Source: Mobula hypostoma (lineage: Eukaryota). Taken from it: DNA of 64,000 nucleotides. The position numbers were made by a program, and so were the translations under genes. The notes below the pieces were generated by a model. That model was not told the origin of the DNA, ran no database searches, and saw nothing but the letters and a program-made list of their open reading frames with translations. Positions 11,300 to 24,929 of this stretch are shown here, in pieces (positions within the stretch are counted from its first letter, which is position 1; the number at the start of each line of letters is the position of its first letter). Location of the stretch: assembly GCF_963921235.1 (NCBI RefSeq), contig NC_086097.1, positions 19,098,001 through 19,162,000 of the forward strand, in the 5' to 3' direction.

Positions 11300-11860
11300 A
11301 AAAATGGTAAGAGTTTTGGTGAGGCCATAAGCAGGAAAAACAGATCAAAAGCAAATATTAGTTGCTTAGAAGCCGAGAGAGGGGAATTAATAATAGGGAA
11401 TAACTGAGTGACAGAGAGGTCTATAAATACATTTATGTAAAACTTCAATGCATAAAAGGTCATCCAGAAGCAGAAGAAAAATGAAGAGTTTAAAACAATT
11501 ATTGAAAAGCCAAGCATAATTACAAGCATAAAGGACCAGGCGCTGACAGGGAATCTTGACCCCAGTGACATGCATTCTCTGAAAGAGCTAGCTGCAGAGG
11601 TAGTAGATGCACTGGTTGTCATCTTCCGAAACACCCTGAGTTCTGGGAGAATTCTAGTAAATTGGAAAATAAGAAACTTGAAGTTACTTTACAAGGAGAG
11701 AAAGGGAGAAAAAGGAAGGGATAACAGATCCCTTATCACATCATTTTTCAGCAAAATGGTGGAAACCATTATTAATCATGCATTGGAGAGGACATTGGGA
11801 AGTGTAACACGTTTAAGGAGAGTCAGTATAGTTTTGCGAAAAGGAAATCACATTTAAAAA
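11300..11860 (+). mobile_element. Old CR1 ORF2 fragment
   Basis: LKELAAEVVDALVVIFRNTL in ORF 11570..11857. Confidence 0.75.
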
Positions 11861-11964
11861 ATAGAATCATAGGTTCACCCAGCAGAGAATCAGGCTCTTT
11901 GCTCCATCTTGTCCATGCCAACTATCGAATGCCCATTTGTACTAATCCTATTTACCCAATCTCA

Positions 11965-12916
11965 TCAGCAGCTTGGCATTCAATACCACCATCCCCTCAA
12001 AACTAATCAATAAGCTTCATGACCTTAGCCTCAATGACTCCTTGTGAAACTGGATCCTCGATCTCATCACTTGCAGACTCCAGTCAGTTTGGATTGGCAG
12101 CGACATCTTCTCCACCATCTCCCTGAGCACTGGCACACCACAAGGCTGCGTGCTTAGCCCCCTGCTCTGCTCGCAACACTTATGACTGTGTGGCTAAGCA
12201 CAGCTCCTGTGTCGTATTCAAGTTTGCTGGCAACACCAGTGTTGTAGGTGGTGATGAACCAGCATATAGGAGGGAGATTGAAAATCTGGCCGAGCGGTGT
12301 CACAACAACCTCTCACTCAGTGTCAGCAAGACCAAGGAGATGATTATTGACTTCAGGAGGAGGAAACCAGAGGTCTGTGAACCAGTCCTCATTGGAGGTT
12401 CAGGGGTGGATAGGGTCAGCAACTTTAAATCCTCAGAGGACCTGTCCTGGATCCATCACATCAGTGCAATTGCAAAGATTGCACAGAAGCACCTCTACTG
12501 CCTTAGGAGTTTGCAAAAATTTGGCATGACACTTTAACAAACTTCTACAGGTGTGTAGTGGAGAGTAAAAGGACTGGCCGCAATATAGCATGGTATGGAA
12601 ACACCAATGCTTTCGAACGGAAAATCTTACAAAAAGAAGTGGATTCAGTCCAGTACCTTACTGGTAAAGCCCTCCCAACCACTGAGCATATCAACATAGA
12701 AAAGCAGCATCCATCGTTAGAGACCCCTACCACCCAGGTCACACTCTCTTCTTGCTGCTGCCATGAAGTAGGAGATACAAGTGCCCCAGGTTCAAGAACA
12801 GTAACTACCCCGCAACCATCAGGTTCTTGGATAAAAAGAGTTAACTACACTCAACTTCTCTTGCCCCATCGTTGAAATGTTCCCACAAGCAATGATCTCA
12901 CTTTCAAGGGCTCTTT
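11965..12916 (+). mobile_element. Rex1-like LINE RT/3' fragment (tail resumes ~15300-15395)
   Basis: [16 protein letters not shown] DNA; NLSLSVSKTKEMIIDFRR and HLYCLRSLQKFG in ORF 12190..12537. Confidence 0.85.
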
Positions 12917-13155
12917 AAAGGTCCAAAGGTTCATTTATTATCAAAGTACACAGCTCTGAAATTCTTCTTCTCCAGGTAGCCATGAAACCAAGAAAGACAA
13001 GAAAGGCAGCACAATCATCGACCCACAAATCCCACCTCCTCACACTAAAACATCAACAAAAATGAAACAGGCACATCAACCCCCAAATCTATCCTCCCGT
13101 ACAAAAAGTTGAAGAAAAATAAACAGCTACATCGACCCCCCAAATCCCCCTCCAC

Positions 13156-14776
13156 TAGTGGCGTATCTAAGATATGGCAGGTATGGCACGTGGCCTGGGT
13201 GCCACTTGAAAGGGGCGCTACTGATCAGTTTCTGTTAAAGTCAGACAAGTCATCCTCAGATAGTGAAAAAAGAATATTCTTCAGATGTATGATCTGTCTT
13301 TGATTATCGTGGATGAGAAGCACTAGGATGGCCTTATTTCAGAGAATTTTGTAAGAAGACCATGAAACGTTTCTTCACGAAGAAGGAAAGTGGAGCCGAA
13401 GGACGGAAGAGACGAAAGTTGGAGGCGGAGGAAGCCAAGAAGTCGAGCAGGTTCTTCATGCCCTTCTTTGAAAAGCCCGGAACAAGTAGTTCAACATGTT
13501 CCATGGAGTCACCTGCACCAGCTACAACTTTGTTAGAATCCGAAGGTGGATCAAGTACAAATGCGTCACAAGCCGAGGGGGAAGTCAAGTCAGATAAATC
13601 CGAGTATGACGAGATTAAGAGTGAGGCTGCCACAGAGAACGCGGACATGACAGGAGGGGAAGACAATAGAGGTGGTGGTGATGTTGAGTTTATTGACAAG
13701 ATTGAACCTGACAACACTGAACCTAGTGAACTGGATGGTGTCAAAGAGCCTCGAGCTATCATACCAGAAGTGAATGAACAGCATGACATTGGACTTCTGA
13801 AGTTCGACAAGGATACTGGAAAAGCAATTCTGCCTGATGCATTGAGAACAGAAATAATAAAGCTGGGTTTGAAGTAGTTCCAGAACAGTGAGGGGCCTTT
13901 CCTACCAACAAATAACCGCTCAATGAACAAAACTTGGTTCAAGAGGAAATTGGGAAATGGTCGTGGTGAGGAAGTGACTCGCTCATGGCTGGTCTATTCC
14001 CCTTCTAAAAAGTCTGCCTTTCTTTTTGTATCTGTTGTCTTCTCCATTCCGGGTCAGACCATCAATCCTCATTGGAGCAGGAAAATGGATTCAACCAGTG
14101 GAAAGCACCTGAAAGGATTAGTGTTCATGAAAGTGCCAAGAATCATCGGAAATGCTTCACACAGTAGAAAGAAATGGAAAGAAATTTATCTGGAAACAGA
14201 GGAGTTACTGGCGCGGTATTTCAGTCACAGATTGAGAAGGAAAAGCAGAAGTAGCATGAAATCTTGACGAGAATCCTTCACTGCATAAAATTCCTTGTGA
14301 CTCAGAACCTGGCTTTGTGAGGACACAGGGAGTCACTTCAGCTAGACGATGACTTCAATGTGGGAAATTTCCTTGGCTTACTGAAACTACTGGCCATCTT
14401 TGACCCTGTCATAAAAGAACACCTCACTCATTTGGAAAGTCATCCTGGATCCATGTCTTATCTTTCACCGGGTGTCCAGAACGAATTCATCCACATGATG
14501 GCATCCACTGTTCGCCAGAGTTTATTGAGAAGCATTTGTAAAGCCAAGTACTGTGATCTCATTTTCGACTCGACTCCTGATCAGGCACACGGTGAGCAGA
14601 TGTCAGAAGTAGTGAGGTGTGTGGAAGTTGATTTTGAGAGGAAAACAGTCCATATTAGAGAGTGTTAGAGAGCTGATATTATGGTAAAGTTATCTAAAAG
14701 ATGGGTGTCAGATGTTTGGACAGCGGCGCAATTTCAGTGCTTGCCATAGGCGCTATTTTCCGTATATACGCCCCTG
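13156..14776 (+). mobile_element. hAT DNA transposon, internally deleted, both ends present
   Basis: Perfect 8-bp TSD CCCTCCAC (13148-13155, 14777-14784); imperfect TIRs TAGTGGCGTATCTA vs CAGGGGCGTATATA (11/14). Confidence 0.95.
13362..14665 (+). pseudogene. hAT transposase pseudogene (ZMYM1-like / DUF4371-type N-terminal half)
   Basis: RSWLVYSPSKKSAF, GNFLGLLKLLAIFDP, YLSPGVQNEFI, IFDSTPD...EQMSEVVR across ORFs 13362..13877, 13923..14267, 14360..14668; stops, a frameshift, and C-terminal half missing. Confidence 0.88.
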
Positions 14777-15394
14777 CCCTCCACGCACAAAAAAAAATGG
14801 AAGATCAGGTGAAAAACACAGAATATAAAAAACTACAAGACTGAAAAGAAATCTGAAGTCCAAGTCCACATCCAAAACACAGAAAAAATATGGGTAACAC
14901 TCTCCGGGATCAGAGCGATCCCCCAGCAACAAAAAGGCGGGCAGCCAACATTCACTTTCCATATTCACCTCAATGTTTCAATCTCCCTCGTCACTTTAAT
15001 TAGAGAACAATGGAAACTTTCATCGGTGAAATGGATTCAAACATTGGCTCCTGCCCCGTTCTTCAGCCTGCCCGCCATGATGTTCGGCACACTGCCTCTG
15101 CCTCCCGGAATTCTGTCAGGGACTGCAGAGCGCTGAAACACCCAAACAATCTCCAAACTGCAAATCACAGGCTCCAACAGTTCTAGGATGAAAAAAAAAG
15201 TGAATGACTTTTAAAAAAAAAGTGGAATATGTGGTTTCATGGTCTATCTAGAGAATGTTGACCGAAGGAGTGTTGTACACAGGCGCCATCTTGACGGGCT
15301 GGGAACAGTTATTACCACAGTAATTACCTCATTATCTCATGTTCACGTTATTTATTGCTATTTATTTGTATTTGCATTTGCACAGTTTGTCTTC

Positions 15395-16225
15395 TGACAG
15401 ATGGAATACAGTTTTGGGAGATGTATGGTCATGCACTTTGGTCAAAGAAATAAAAGAGTAGGCTATTTTCTAAATGGAGAGAAAATTCAAAAATCTGAGG
15501 TGCAAAGGGATTTGGGAGTCCTTGTGCAGGATTTCCTAAAGGTTAATTTGCAGGTTGTGTCTATGGTGAGGAAGGCAGATGCGAAGTCAGCCTTCATTTC
15601 AAGAGGACTAGAATATAAAAGCAAGGGTGTATTGTTGAGGCTTTATGAAACACAGATGAGGCCTCACTTGGAGTATTGTGAGCAGGTTTGGGCTCCTTAT
15701 CTTAGAAAGGATGTGCTGAAACTGGAGAGGGTTCAAAGAAGGTTCATGAAAATTATTCCAGGACTGAGTGGCTTGTCATATGAAGAGCGTTTAATCGATC
15801 TGGGCCTGTATTCACTGGAATTCAGAAGAATGAGGGGTGACCTTATTGAAACCTATCACACGGTTGAAGGCCTTGTTAGAGTGGATGTGGAGAGGATGTT
15901 TCCTATGCTGGGAGAGTCTAAGACCAGAGGACACAGCCGCAGAATATAGGGGTGTCCTTTTGAACGGAGATGAGGAGGAATTTATTTAGCCAGAGAGTGG
16001 TAAATCTATGGAATGTATTGCCACAGGCAGCTGTGGAGGCCAAGTCTTTATATATTTAAGCCAAAGAAATTGGATTCGTGATTGGTCAGGGAATGAAGGG
16101 ATATGAGGGGAAGGCAGGAGATTGGGGCTGAGAGGGAAATGGATCAGCCATGTTGAAATGGCAGAACAGACTCAATGGGCCAAATGGCCTAATCCTACTC
16201 CTATATCTTATGGTCTTATGGTCTT
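15395..16225 (+). mobile_element. CR1 3' fragment
   Basis: ORF 15401..15949 (QRDLGVLV, RPHLEYC, RGDLIETY); tail tcttatggtcttatggtc. Confidence 0.92.
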
Positions 16226-16639
16226 CTGCACTTTGGGTGATCTTTCATTGATGCTGTTATAGTCATTATTCTATAGATTCACTGAGAATGCCCACAAAAG
16301 GATGTCTCAACATTGTATTTGGTGTACTTTGATAATAAATTTACTTTGAACTTTGAACTTTGAGCCCTCTATTCTTTGCCAATCCAATGGCTCATTCAGA
16401 AGCTTCATGAGCATTACGAGAGTCTCTACTCCCATTGTCCTGTCAGGCAAAGTATTCCAAATAGCAGTTACCCTCTTGATGAAAAACTTTTCCTTGTACT
16501 CTATATAAAACTTTTATCCCTAACCTTATGCTAATTCCCTTTGGTTTTAGATATAATATGAATGAAAGGTTTACCACTATCCCCTCTGTCTGTGTCCTTC
16601 CTAATTTTTTATTTGAGTCCTACAACAATCAGCCTATGA

Positions 16640-17560
16640 GAGTTGGTGAGTGGAGAGCAACTTGACAAAGTGCTACATTAAAGGTTACTCCAGGAGCTTA
16701 TGGCTCATAGGGTTAAGGGTAACAAATACCATCGGTAGAGGACTGGTTAACTGACAGAAATAAAATGTCAAAGTAAATGGATAATTTTCAATGCGGTGAG
16801 CTGTAACTAGTGGATGCCTGAGGATTGGTACTGGAATCTCAGCAATGTACAATCTATATTAATGAAGTCTGAGTGTCTAACTATAACATGTCGGAGTGTG
16901 TTGACGACACAAAGACTGGAGGGAAAATAATCTGTGAGAAGGGCGCAGTGTACAGAAGGATCTCAACAAGTTATCTACAGCAGCAGAAATCTGGAGCACG
17001 ATAAGAAGCAGTGTGAAGTTGCCCAGCTTGGTAGAAAGTTAGAAAAGCAAAATTATTTTTAAATGTTGGTATTCAGGGAGACCTGGGTGTTGTGAACAAT
17101 AAAAAGAAAGTTAGTAAAACAAGTAACACACGCAAAATGCTGGGAGAGCTCTGCAGGCCAAACAGCATCTATGGAAAAGAGTACAGTCGACATTTCGGGC
17201 CGAAAGCCTTCGGCAGATTTTCTCTTGTTACTAAATCTTTTGCACAATTTTTAATCTACTCAATATACGTATACTGTAACTGATTTACTTATTTAATTAT
17301 TATTATTATTATTTTATTCTTCTTCTTCTTCATCTGTATTATGTATTGCATTGAACTGCTGCTGCTGCTAAGTTAACAAGTTTCACGACACATCCCAGTG
17401 ATAATAAACCTGATTCTGATTCTGATTCTGAAAACAAGTACGGCAAGTTATTGAGAAAGCGAATTCATGGTTAACCTTTATTATAAGGATCCCATACCAG
17501 ATCAAGGAGTCCTGTTGCAACAAGACAGAGCTTTGCAATCCGAGGACATTAAATGTAGTG
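16640..17560 (+). mobile_element. Heavily decayed CR1 RT region interrupted by other repeat ends
   Basis: ttgacaaagtgctacat, gtaactagtgga and gacgacacaaagactgga remnants. Confidence 0.6.
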
Positions 17561-17566
17561 TATAGT

Positions 17567-18028
17567 AAACACAAGAGATTCTGCAGATGCTGGCAATCCA
17601 GAGCAACACATACAAAATGCTGGAGGAACTTAGAGGGTCAGGCACTATCTGTGGAGAGAAGTATCCTGTTGACGGTCTGGGTGGTGATCCTTCATCAGGA
17701 CCGGAGAGGAAAGGGGGAAGAAGCCAGAATGTGTGTGGGGAGGGGAAAGAGTTACAAGCTGGCAGGTGATAGGTGAGACCAGGTGAGGGGGAAGGTGGGT
17801 GGGTGGGGAGGGGGGGGTGACATGAGCAGCTGGGAGGGAATAGCTGGAAGAGGTAAAGAGCTGAAGAAGAAGAGATCTGAAAGGAGAGAGGAGTGGACCA
17901 TAGGAGAAAGGGATGGAGGTGGGGCATCAGAGGGAGTTGATAGGCAGGTGAGGAGAAGAGAAGGGTTAAGGGGATAATCAGAAAAGAGAATGGAAAAAAG
18001 AGAGAAGGGAAAGGGGAGAGCAAATACC
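17567..18028 (-). mobile_element. Penelope-like element 3' region (purine-rich on +)
   Basis: Collinear with the non-coding part of 30947-31320 and the reverse complement of 39150-39525. Confidence 0.8.
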
Positions 18029-19444
18029 ATCGATTACTTCAAATTCACTAACTTTCCGTAATTATTTGCATTTGCCTTGGAGTCGTCACACAGTGAAGGT
18101 GAGGTCCATGGTGGTAGTGTAGCAACCCAGGGTGAAGCTGAGAGGAGGAGGCTGAGGAGGATACTGGTGCTGATTTGCCATATGGCAGACAGCAGGGTGC
18201 CCCCGTCTCTAGTTACCAACAAAACACCTGCCTCCTTTATTCAACATAGCATATAAGAGCCATGGGACATGGACAAGAAATTGGAGCGGAGTCCAAGCTC
18301 AGATCAGCCATAATCTTTACTGAATGATAAGCTATGCCGAAGGGGAAGACATCTTCTGGTCCTCCTATTTCTCACTGGTCTTATGTTTAGATGTCTGAAT
18401 ACTCATCCAATTATTGACATTGCCACTGATGGATATGGAAGCCAGGTCATTACGTATAGTCAAAGCAGAGGCTGATTAGCAAAGGTTTCACAGTGTGCAC
18501 TGACGGACGACTGAACCCAGGTGCGGAGGAACAACAGACTCCACATTGAGACAGAAACAGCGGTTTATGCATCGGAATTCCAGCTGAACATTGGTAACTT
18601 GACCGAGCAAACACCACGGGACAAGTCATTCTTGAAGCAAGAACAAGGACCCCGCGATCCGCACTACCTGGGAATCCACTTTAAATAATCTTAGTATGTT
18701 GAAAACCCATGCCAGTCAAAATGAATTTGACAAGATTAAGCAGAAAGCACAAGGACTTAATAACTCTAGATAAGACAACAATTAACAAATACAGGTACAC
18801 TGGCCTGCAGGGCTCATGACAAAGGACGTCAAAGGCTTACAGGGAGAAGGAAGGAGAATGGAGTTGAGAGGAATAATTTATCAGTCATGACGGAATGACA
18901 GAGCAGTCCTGAATAGCAAAATGGTTTAATTCTGCTCCTTTGCCTTGTAGTCTTATGATCTTATTAACCATTAATCTACATCTGTACCTGGGTGCGGTTG
19001 GAGAGGTGAGAGCTCTTGTATTTAAACTTTAGGAATATGTGCAATGAAAGTTCCTTACCTCTTCAATGGTTTAACTGTGGAGTATTCCCCTAATCACTCC
19101 CCACAGATGCCCCTGTTCTAGTGACCCCAGCATCAACATCATAATGGCGCAGTTTAAATTGAAATCGTATTCACAATTACTTTCTCGTGCACTCCATGTT
19201 GTTTTAATTCAAAGAGGGAAAAAGAACTTTTTCTGTTCAGATCTCATCCCAGCTTCCCACTGATCCTGAACCAGACCGTAATCTCTGCTTCTTTCATTTC
19301 CCCTGGCAATACAGTTCATAATTCAATTGTTCTTTAGTGCGAAAAGTTCCCTCTGACCTTCCTGCCTTCTATTTATGTCAGCCTTCAGTTTCTGTGTCCT
19401 GCTGTGTGAACACTTCATCACCGTCTAAAATAAATCTGGGTCTT

Positions 19445-20725
19445 TAAAACCATAAAAACAGAATTAGGCCATTCGGCCCATTGAGTCTGCTTCATGAGTG
19501 ATTTAGTTTTCCTCCAAACCTCATTCTCCTGCCTTCTCCCCATAATCTTTGACGCCATTATTAATCATGAACATGTTAACCTCACCTTTAAATACATGCA
19601 ATGATTTAGCCTCCACAGTGGGCTGTGGCAATGGATTCTACAGATTCACCACCCTCTGACTCAGGAAATCCCTCCTCGCCTCAGCTGTAAAGGGTTGTCC
19701 TTCCATTCTGAGGCTATGTCCTTTGGTCCTAGACTCCCCACTACTGAGAACGTCCTCTCCATGCATTTCAATATTGGGCAATTTTCAATGTGATTCCCCA
19801 CTCACCCCATCCTTCTAAACTCCACTGAGTACAGGCACACACCCATCATACACTCTTCATGCATGAACCATTTCATCCCTGGGACCATTCTCATAAACCA
19901 ACTCTGGACCCTCTTCAATGCCACCACCTCCTTCCTTACAAATGGTGTCCTGCGCATAGCATTCTCAAGAGGTTGTTAAGAGTCTTAGAACCATACATCT
20001 CAGAAACCAGTCCTTTATCCAACTCGTTCATTCCAGTCAAGGTGCCTAAGTCAGCTAGTCTCATTTCCCTGAATTTGACCCATTTCCTTCCAAACCTTTT
20101 CCTGTTTATGTCGCTGAAGAAATGGCTTCTAAATGTTGTAATTCTATCTGCTTGCAACACCTCCTCTGATGGCTCATTCTAAATACCTACCCCGTATGTG
20201 AAAACTTCCCTTCAATATTTCTACTCTCACCTTAAATCTATGGCCTCTATTTTCAGTTTCCCCTGCCTGGGTAGGTGGTCTGCAATGATCCATCTCATCT
20301 TTGCCCCCTTATAAACATCCATAACGTCACCCTTAGCTTCCTTCGTTCCAGACAAAACCATCTCAGTCTATCCAGTCTCTCCTTATAACTAGAAATTTGA
20401 AAAAATCTGCTGATGTTGGAAATCCAAAGCAACACATACAAAAATGCTGGAGGAACTCAGCAGGCCAGGCAGCATCTGTGGAAAAGAGTCAACCATTGAA
20501 GTTTTGGGCCATTTTAAAAGAGGGGTCTTAGCCTGAAACGTTAACCATTCACTCTTTTCCATAGATGTTACCTGGCCTGCTGAGTGCCTCCAGCGTTTTG
20601 TATGTGCCTTCTTATAACTGAAACCCTGCATCCCCAGCAACATCCTTGTGAATCCTTTCTAAACCCTCTCTAGCTTATTCATTTCCTTCCTATAGTAAGG
20701 CAACCAGAACAGCACACAGTAGTCC
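19445..20725 (-). mobile_element. Two decayed CR1 3' fragments with a fold-back element at ~20400-20610
   Basis: cagattcaccaccctctg, ggtcctagactcccc and similar reverse CR1 motifs; inverted Penelope arms. Confidence 0.75.
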
Positions 20726-21435
20726 ATTTGGTCTGTTTTCAGATTTGAATTTATTTATTACTTGTAGGTTGGTACATACAGTGAAATGCGTCATTTGTGT
20801 TAACAGCCAACACACCCAAAAACGCGCGAGGGGCAGCCGGCAAGAGTTGCCACACGTTCCGGTACCAGTATAACTTGCCCACCATGTTCAACACAACACT
20901 CAATAAAAAAAATAACAGAACAAAGGAAGACAGCGGCAAAACAAGCCCCTTTCCCACCTACTCACCACCCCCCACGCTACTAATGGGGCTCCAACCCCAG
21001 GACGGATCTCTCGTCCCTGGCCCTGGACCCTCAGACTAACACTCATTAGCCCTCCAGCCTCCAGTCTCTGGCCTGGACTCCCAGATTTGCAGACTTCAGG
21101 ATTTCAGCCTCCGTTCTCCAGCCCAGAAATGCCCGCTACCCCAGTACTCGCCAACAGTCTTCATTTTTATAGCTGTGACAGGACATCCCAACTCCTGTAT
21201 TCAGTGCCCCATCCAACGAAAGTGAAGATATTGAACACCTTTCTCACCACCTTGTCATCCTTTACAGTTGCAATACACTGCTGGGTATTAAGAAGATCAG
21301 ATGCAGCAGATCTACCCCATCAGCAAGCTGCTCGATAGCGGTGGAGCTGCTCTTGTTGTGTACTGTATTGCAGCCTGTTTCAGCCACTCAACGAGGAAGA
21401 TGTCACAGGCAGTACGCAGTCCAACTAAAGGCGCA

Positions 21436-22582
21436 AATTCTTTATACTTTATTGTCACCAAACAATTGGTACTAGAATGTACAATCATCACAGCAATATT
21501 TGATTCTGCGCTTCACACTCCCTAGATTACAAACATTAAATATTAAACATATTAAAAATTATTTAAAATCAGTAAATATTAAAAATTTAAATTATTAATC
21601 ATAAATAGAAAATAGAAAAATGGGAAGTAAGGTAGTGCAAAAAAAACGAGAGGCAGGTCCAGATATTTGGAGGGTACGGCCCAGATCTGGGTCAGGATCT
21701 GTTCAGCAGTCTTATCACAGTTGGAAAGAAGCTGTTCCCAAATCTGGCCGTACGAGTCTTCAAGCTCCTGAACCTTCTCCCGGAGGGAAGAGGGACAAAA
21801 AGTCTGTTGGCTGGGTGTGTCGTGTCCTTGATTATCCTGGCAGCACTGCTCCGACAGCGTGCGGTGTAAAGTGAGTACACAGACGGAAGATTGGTTTGTG
21901 TGATGTGCTGCGCTGTGTTCACGACCTTCTGCAGCTTCTTTCAGTCTTGGACAACTTCCATACCAGGTTGTGGTGCACCCTAGAAGAATGCTTTCTAGGG
22001 TGCATCACTAAAAATTAGTGAGGGTTTTAGGGGACAGGCCAAATTTCTTTAGTTTTCTCAGGAAGTAAAGGTGCTGGTGGGCCTTCTTGGCAGTGAACCC
22101 TGCTTGGTTGGACCAAGTCAGGTCTTTTGTGATATTGACCCCAAGGAACTTAAAGCTTTTGACCTGTTCCACTTGCGCACCACCGATGTAAATTGGGTCG
22201 TGCGGTCCGCTACTCCTTCTGAAGTCAACAACCAATTCCTTCGTCTTGCTGACGTTGAGGGATAGGTTATTGTCTTCGCACCATGCCACCAGGTTCTTAA
22301 TTTCCTCTCTGTACTCAAACTCGTCATTACCCAAGATACGGCCTACAATTGTTGTGTCATCAGCAAACTTATATATTGAGTTTGATGGAAACTTGGCTAC
22401 ACAACCATGGGTGTACAGTGAGTACAGCAGGGGGCTGAGTACACAGCCTTGTGGGGCACCGGTGCTCAGAGTGATTGTAGAGGAGAGCTTGTCCCCTATT
22501 TTTACAGCCTGGGTCCTGTCTGTGAGGAAGTTGAAGATCCAGCTGCAGATCTGAGTGCTGAGGCCCAGGGTCCGGAGCTTAG
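21436..22582 (-). mobile_element. Rex1-like (Rex/Babar) LINE, 5'-truncated, well preserved
   Basis: ORF 22008..22664: [52 protein letters not shown] 21692..21922: PLPSGRRFRS..SFFP; AT-rich 3' UTR. Confidence 0.93.
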
Positions 22583-23587
22583 GTGATTGCAAGATTGATT
22601 GCCTTGGATGTTTTTCTTGTGATTGCAAGACCCTGTTGGACAATGGTAATGTACAATACTGCAAATCCGATTCACTAGTTCATTGGCGAGACCGACGGCA
22701 GGGGGAGCCGCGTAGTCTCAGTTGCCTGTTGAAGCTGCCCAGGGGAAGAGACACTGGCACAGCGGGTGTCTGTGCGAGGTTGGTTGCTGGCGCCTCCCAT
22801 TGGTGCTGCCCTCCGGTGTTCACTTGGTGGAAGGCAAGCTGGATCGTGTCGTCTGCAGCTGCACCAACATATGATGAGTTATGCTGAGTACTTGCTCTTA
22901 CAGAAACATGGCTCGAGGACAACATCCATCAATTTCCAGGCCATGACACTCAGGGTCTTGGGTTAGATTATTATTTTTTCCCTGTGTGACTGTATGTTTG
23001 CTGCTATCATAGTTATATGTGCTAAAGGTGCCTTGTGCTGTTTGTGACTGTTTGCTTTGTGTTTTGCACCTTGGCCCGAGAGAAACACTGCTTTGTTTCT
23101 CTGCGTTCCTGTGTATGATTAAATGACAGTTACATTTGTAGTTGAACTCGAACCTGTCTGCCTGTGTCGCCACTTTCAGGGAACTGTGCTCTTGTCCCCC
23201 AGGTGTCCATTCTGCAACGCTCCCTGGAGCACACAGGGCTCAGAGGAGTTTGTTATGAAGCAGACAGTAGTCATATTTTTTTCCCTAAACCATAATGTTT
23301 TGAAGAAAAAAAGAAATATGAAACCAATTATGAGTACCATTTTCCACATGCTTGCAACTGTATACAAACCTCCATGAATGTTCCTCTTATTAAACTTGTT
23401 TTAGTCCCATTAGCATTTTAAGCACATCTTAAAAATTCTTTTTTTTGCCATAAACCTTCTCGGAGTCACTGTTGAACAGTGGCTAAACGTCACTGATGTG
23501 ACCAGACGAGCAGATCGGTGGTTGGATATCCTGTAGTCGGTGACTGAATTCATGACACCCTTTCGACCGTCTACACCACTCACTTAC

Positions 23588-23830
23588 CAGATTCCGAAAG
23601 CTCAACATCAAACAGTCGAGAGGAGCGATTTTGTTGGTATCCCATCCGCCACCCGACATTCTTTTGCTTCACCACCGGAACTCAGACGCCGCGGTGTATT
23701 CCATCGCCACAAAACGCACTGCAGATAGGCTGCTCTCACACCGCCTCTGCCTACTACTGAGAGGGACAAACTGGCAAACACAGAGGAAAAGCACCTCTTG
23801 CAACATCCCAACCGAGTCATGCACTGATCT
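23588..23830 (-). other. Candidate exon in a CpG-rich unique island
   Basis: Consensus donor CTG|GTAAGTG at 23588/23587 on minus, about 20 CpG in 23460-23830, no repeat similarity recognised; 5' limit uncertain. Confidence 0.35.
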
Positions 23831-24498
23831 GACATTAAAATATACTGCTACACTGTACCTTCACAATTATTGGATCTCAGTCATAGATTCATAGAAAAGT
23901 ACAGCACAGAAACAGGCCCTTTGGCCCATCTAGTTCATGCTGAACCATTTAAACTGCCTAGACCCATTGACCTGCACCCAGACCATAGCCCTCCATACCA
24001 CTACCTATCCTGAAACTGCTTCCACTGCTTCTACAGTCCTGAAACTGTGGAAGTACTTTCACCACAGGATATTTCTACAGATCTAGGGCTTAGACTCTGT
24101 AGCCCAACTGATCCAGGTCTTTGACCTTATCGCCCAATAGACCCACTATCCCCGGACTTAGGAGCTGTGGACTCACCTCAGCATATCGCGGGACCCAGCC
24201 TCCTCTGAGTGGGCTCTGTCTATTGAACATAAAACATAGAGCGCCTCAGAACAGTACAGGCCCTTCAGCCACAATGTTACAACCTACCTTATACCCTACA
24301 TTAAGATCAATCTAACCCTTCCCGCTGACTTAGCCCTCTAATTTTCTATCATCTGTCTGCCTATCTATACCTACCTACCCAGTGCTTAGCCTTATCCTCA
24401 GCGCTCTGCGTTGCCCTGAGGCTGTGGGACTGCTCCGGCTGCTCCAGGCTTCGTGCCTTTCATTCTAAGTGCTATTTGCCTACTTTCATTGTTTGCAC

Positions 24499-24505
<7 letters not shown>

Positions 24506-24529
<24 letters not shown>
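24506..24529. repeat. (CT)n microsatellite
   Basis: Direct reading. Confidence 0.9.
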
Positions 24530-24929
24530 GCATGATGGGTGTTTGTCAGTCTTCTTCTGTTATGGGTTCTTTTGGCTTTCTTTGTTCTGTGGCTGTCTCT
24601 AAGGAGACAAATCTCGATTGTGTGATGTATACATACTTAGATAATAAATGTACTTTGAACTTTGAGTTTCTTTAGTCACATCATGGAGAGAATTTATTTT
24701 GGAAGTTCATGTCAGGATTGAAATGAAAAAGAATTAAAAAGACAAGGGGATGGAAACAGGAGGAAACATAGACTGGCATGGAGATAGTGGGCAATGCCAT
24801 CTGCTTCTGTATTGTAAGAGTCTTTATCAATGAACAATTAATTCAGAAAACAGCAGCAGAAATCACTGTATTCTCATTTTATTGTTGAGGTATACCATGT
24901 ATGAGTTTGTGCTCACGGAAGCATAACGA

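Larger units (their letters stand above)
12917..15297 (-). mobile_element. Non-coding interspersed element hosting the hAT insertion
   Basis: Minus strand starts GTCAAGATGGCGCCTG (~15295) and ends in an ATAATAAATGAACCTTTGGACCTTT tail (~12917); three imperfect catcgacccccaaatcc sub-repeats at 13016-13155. Confidence 0.55.

Noticed and set aside
13334..13942. 202-aa minus-strand ORF
   Set aside because: Antisense shadow of the hAT transposase N-terminus.
13362..14668. Host ZMYM1-like gene
   Set aside because: Bounded by TIRs and an 8-bp TSD, with stops and a large deletion: a transposon relic, not a domesticated gene.
17502..18030. Pro/Ser/Leu-rich and Gly/Arg/Glu-rich ORFs
   Set aside because: Arise from the purine/pyrimidine-biased Penelope UTR.
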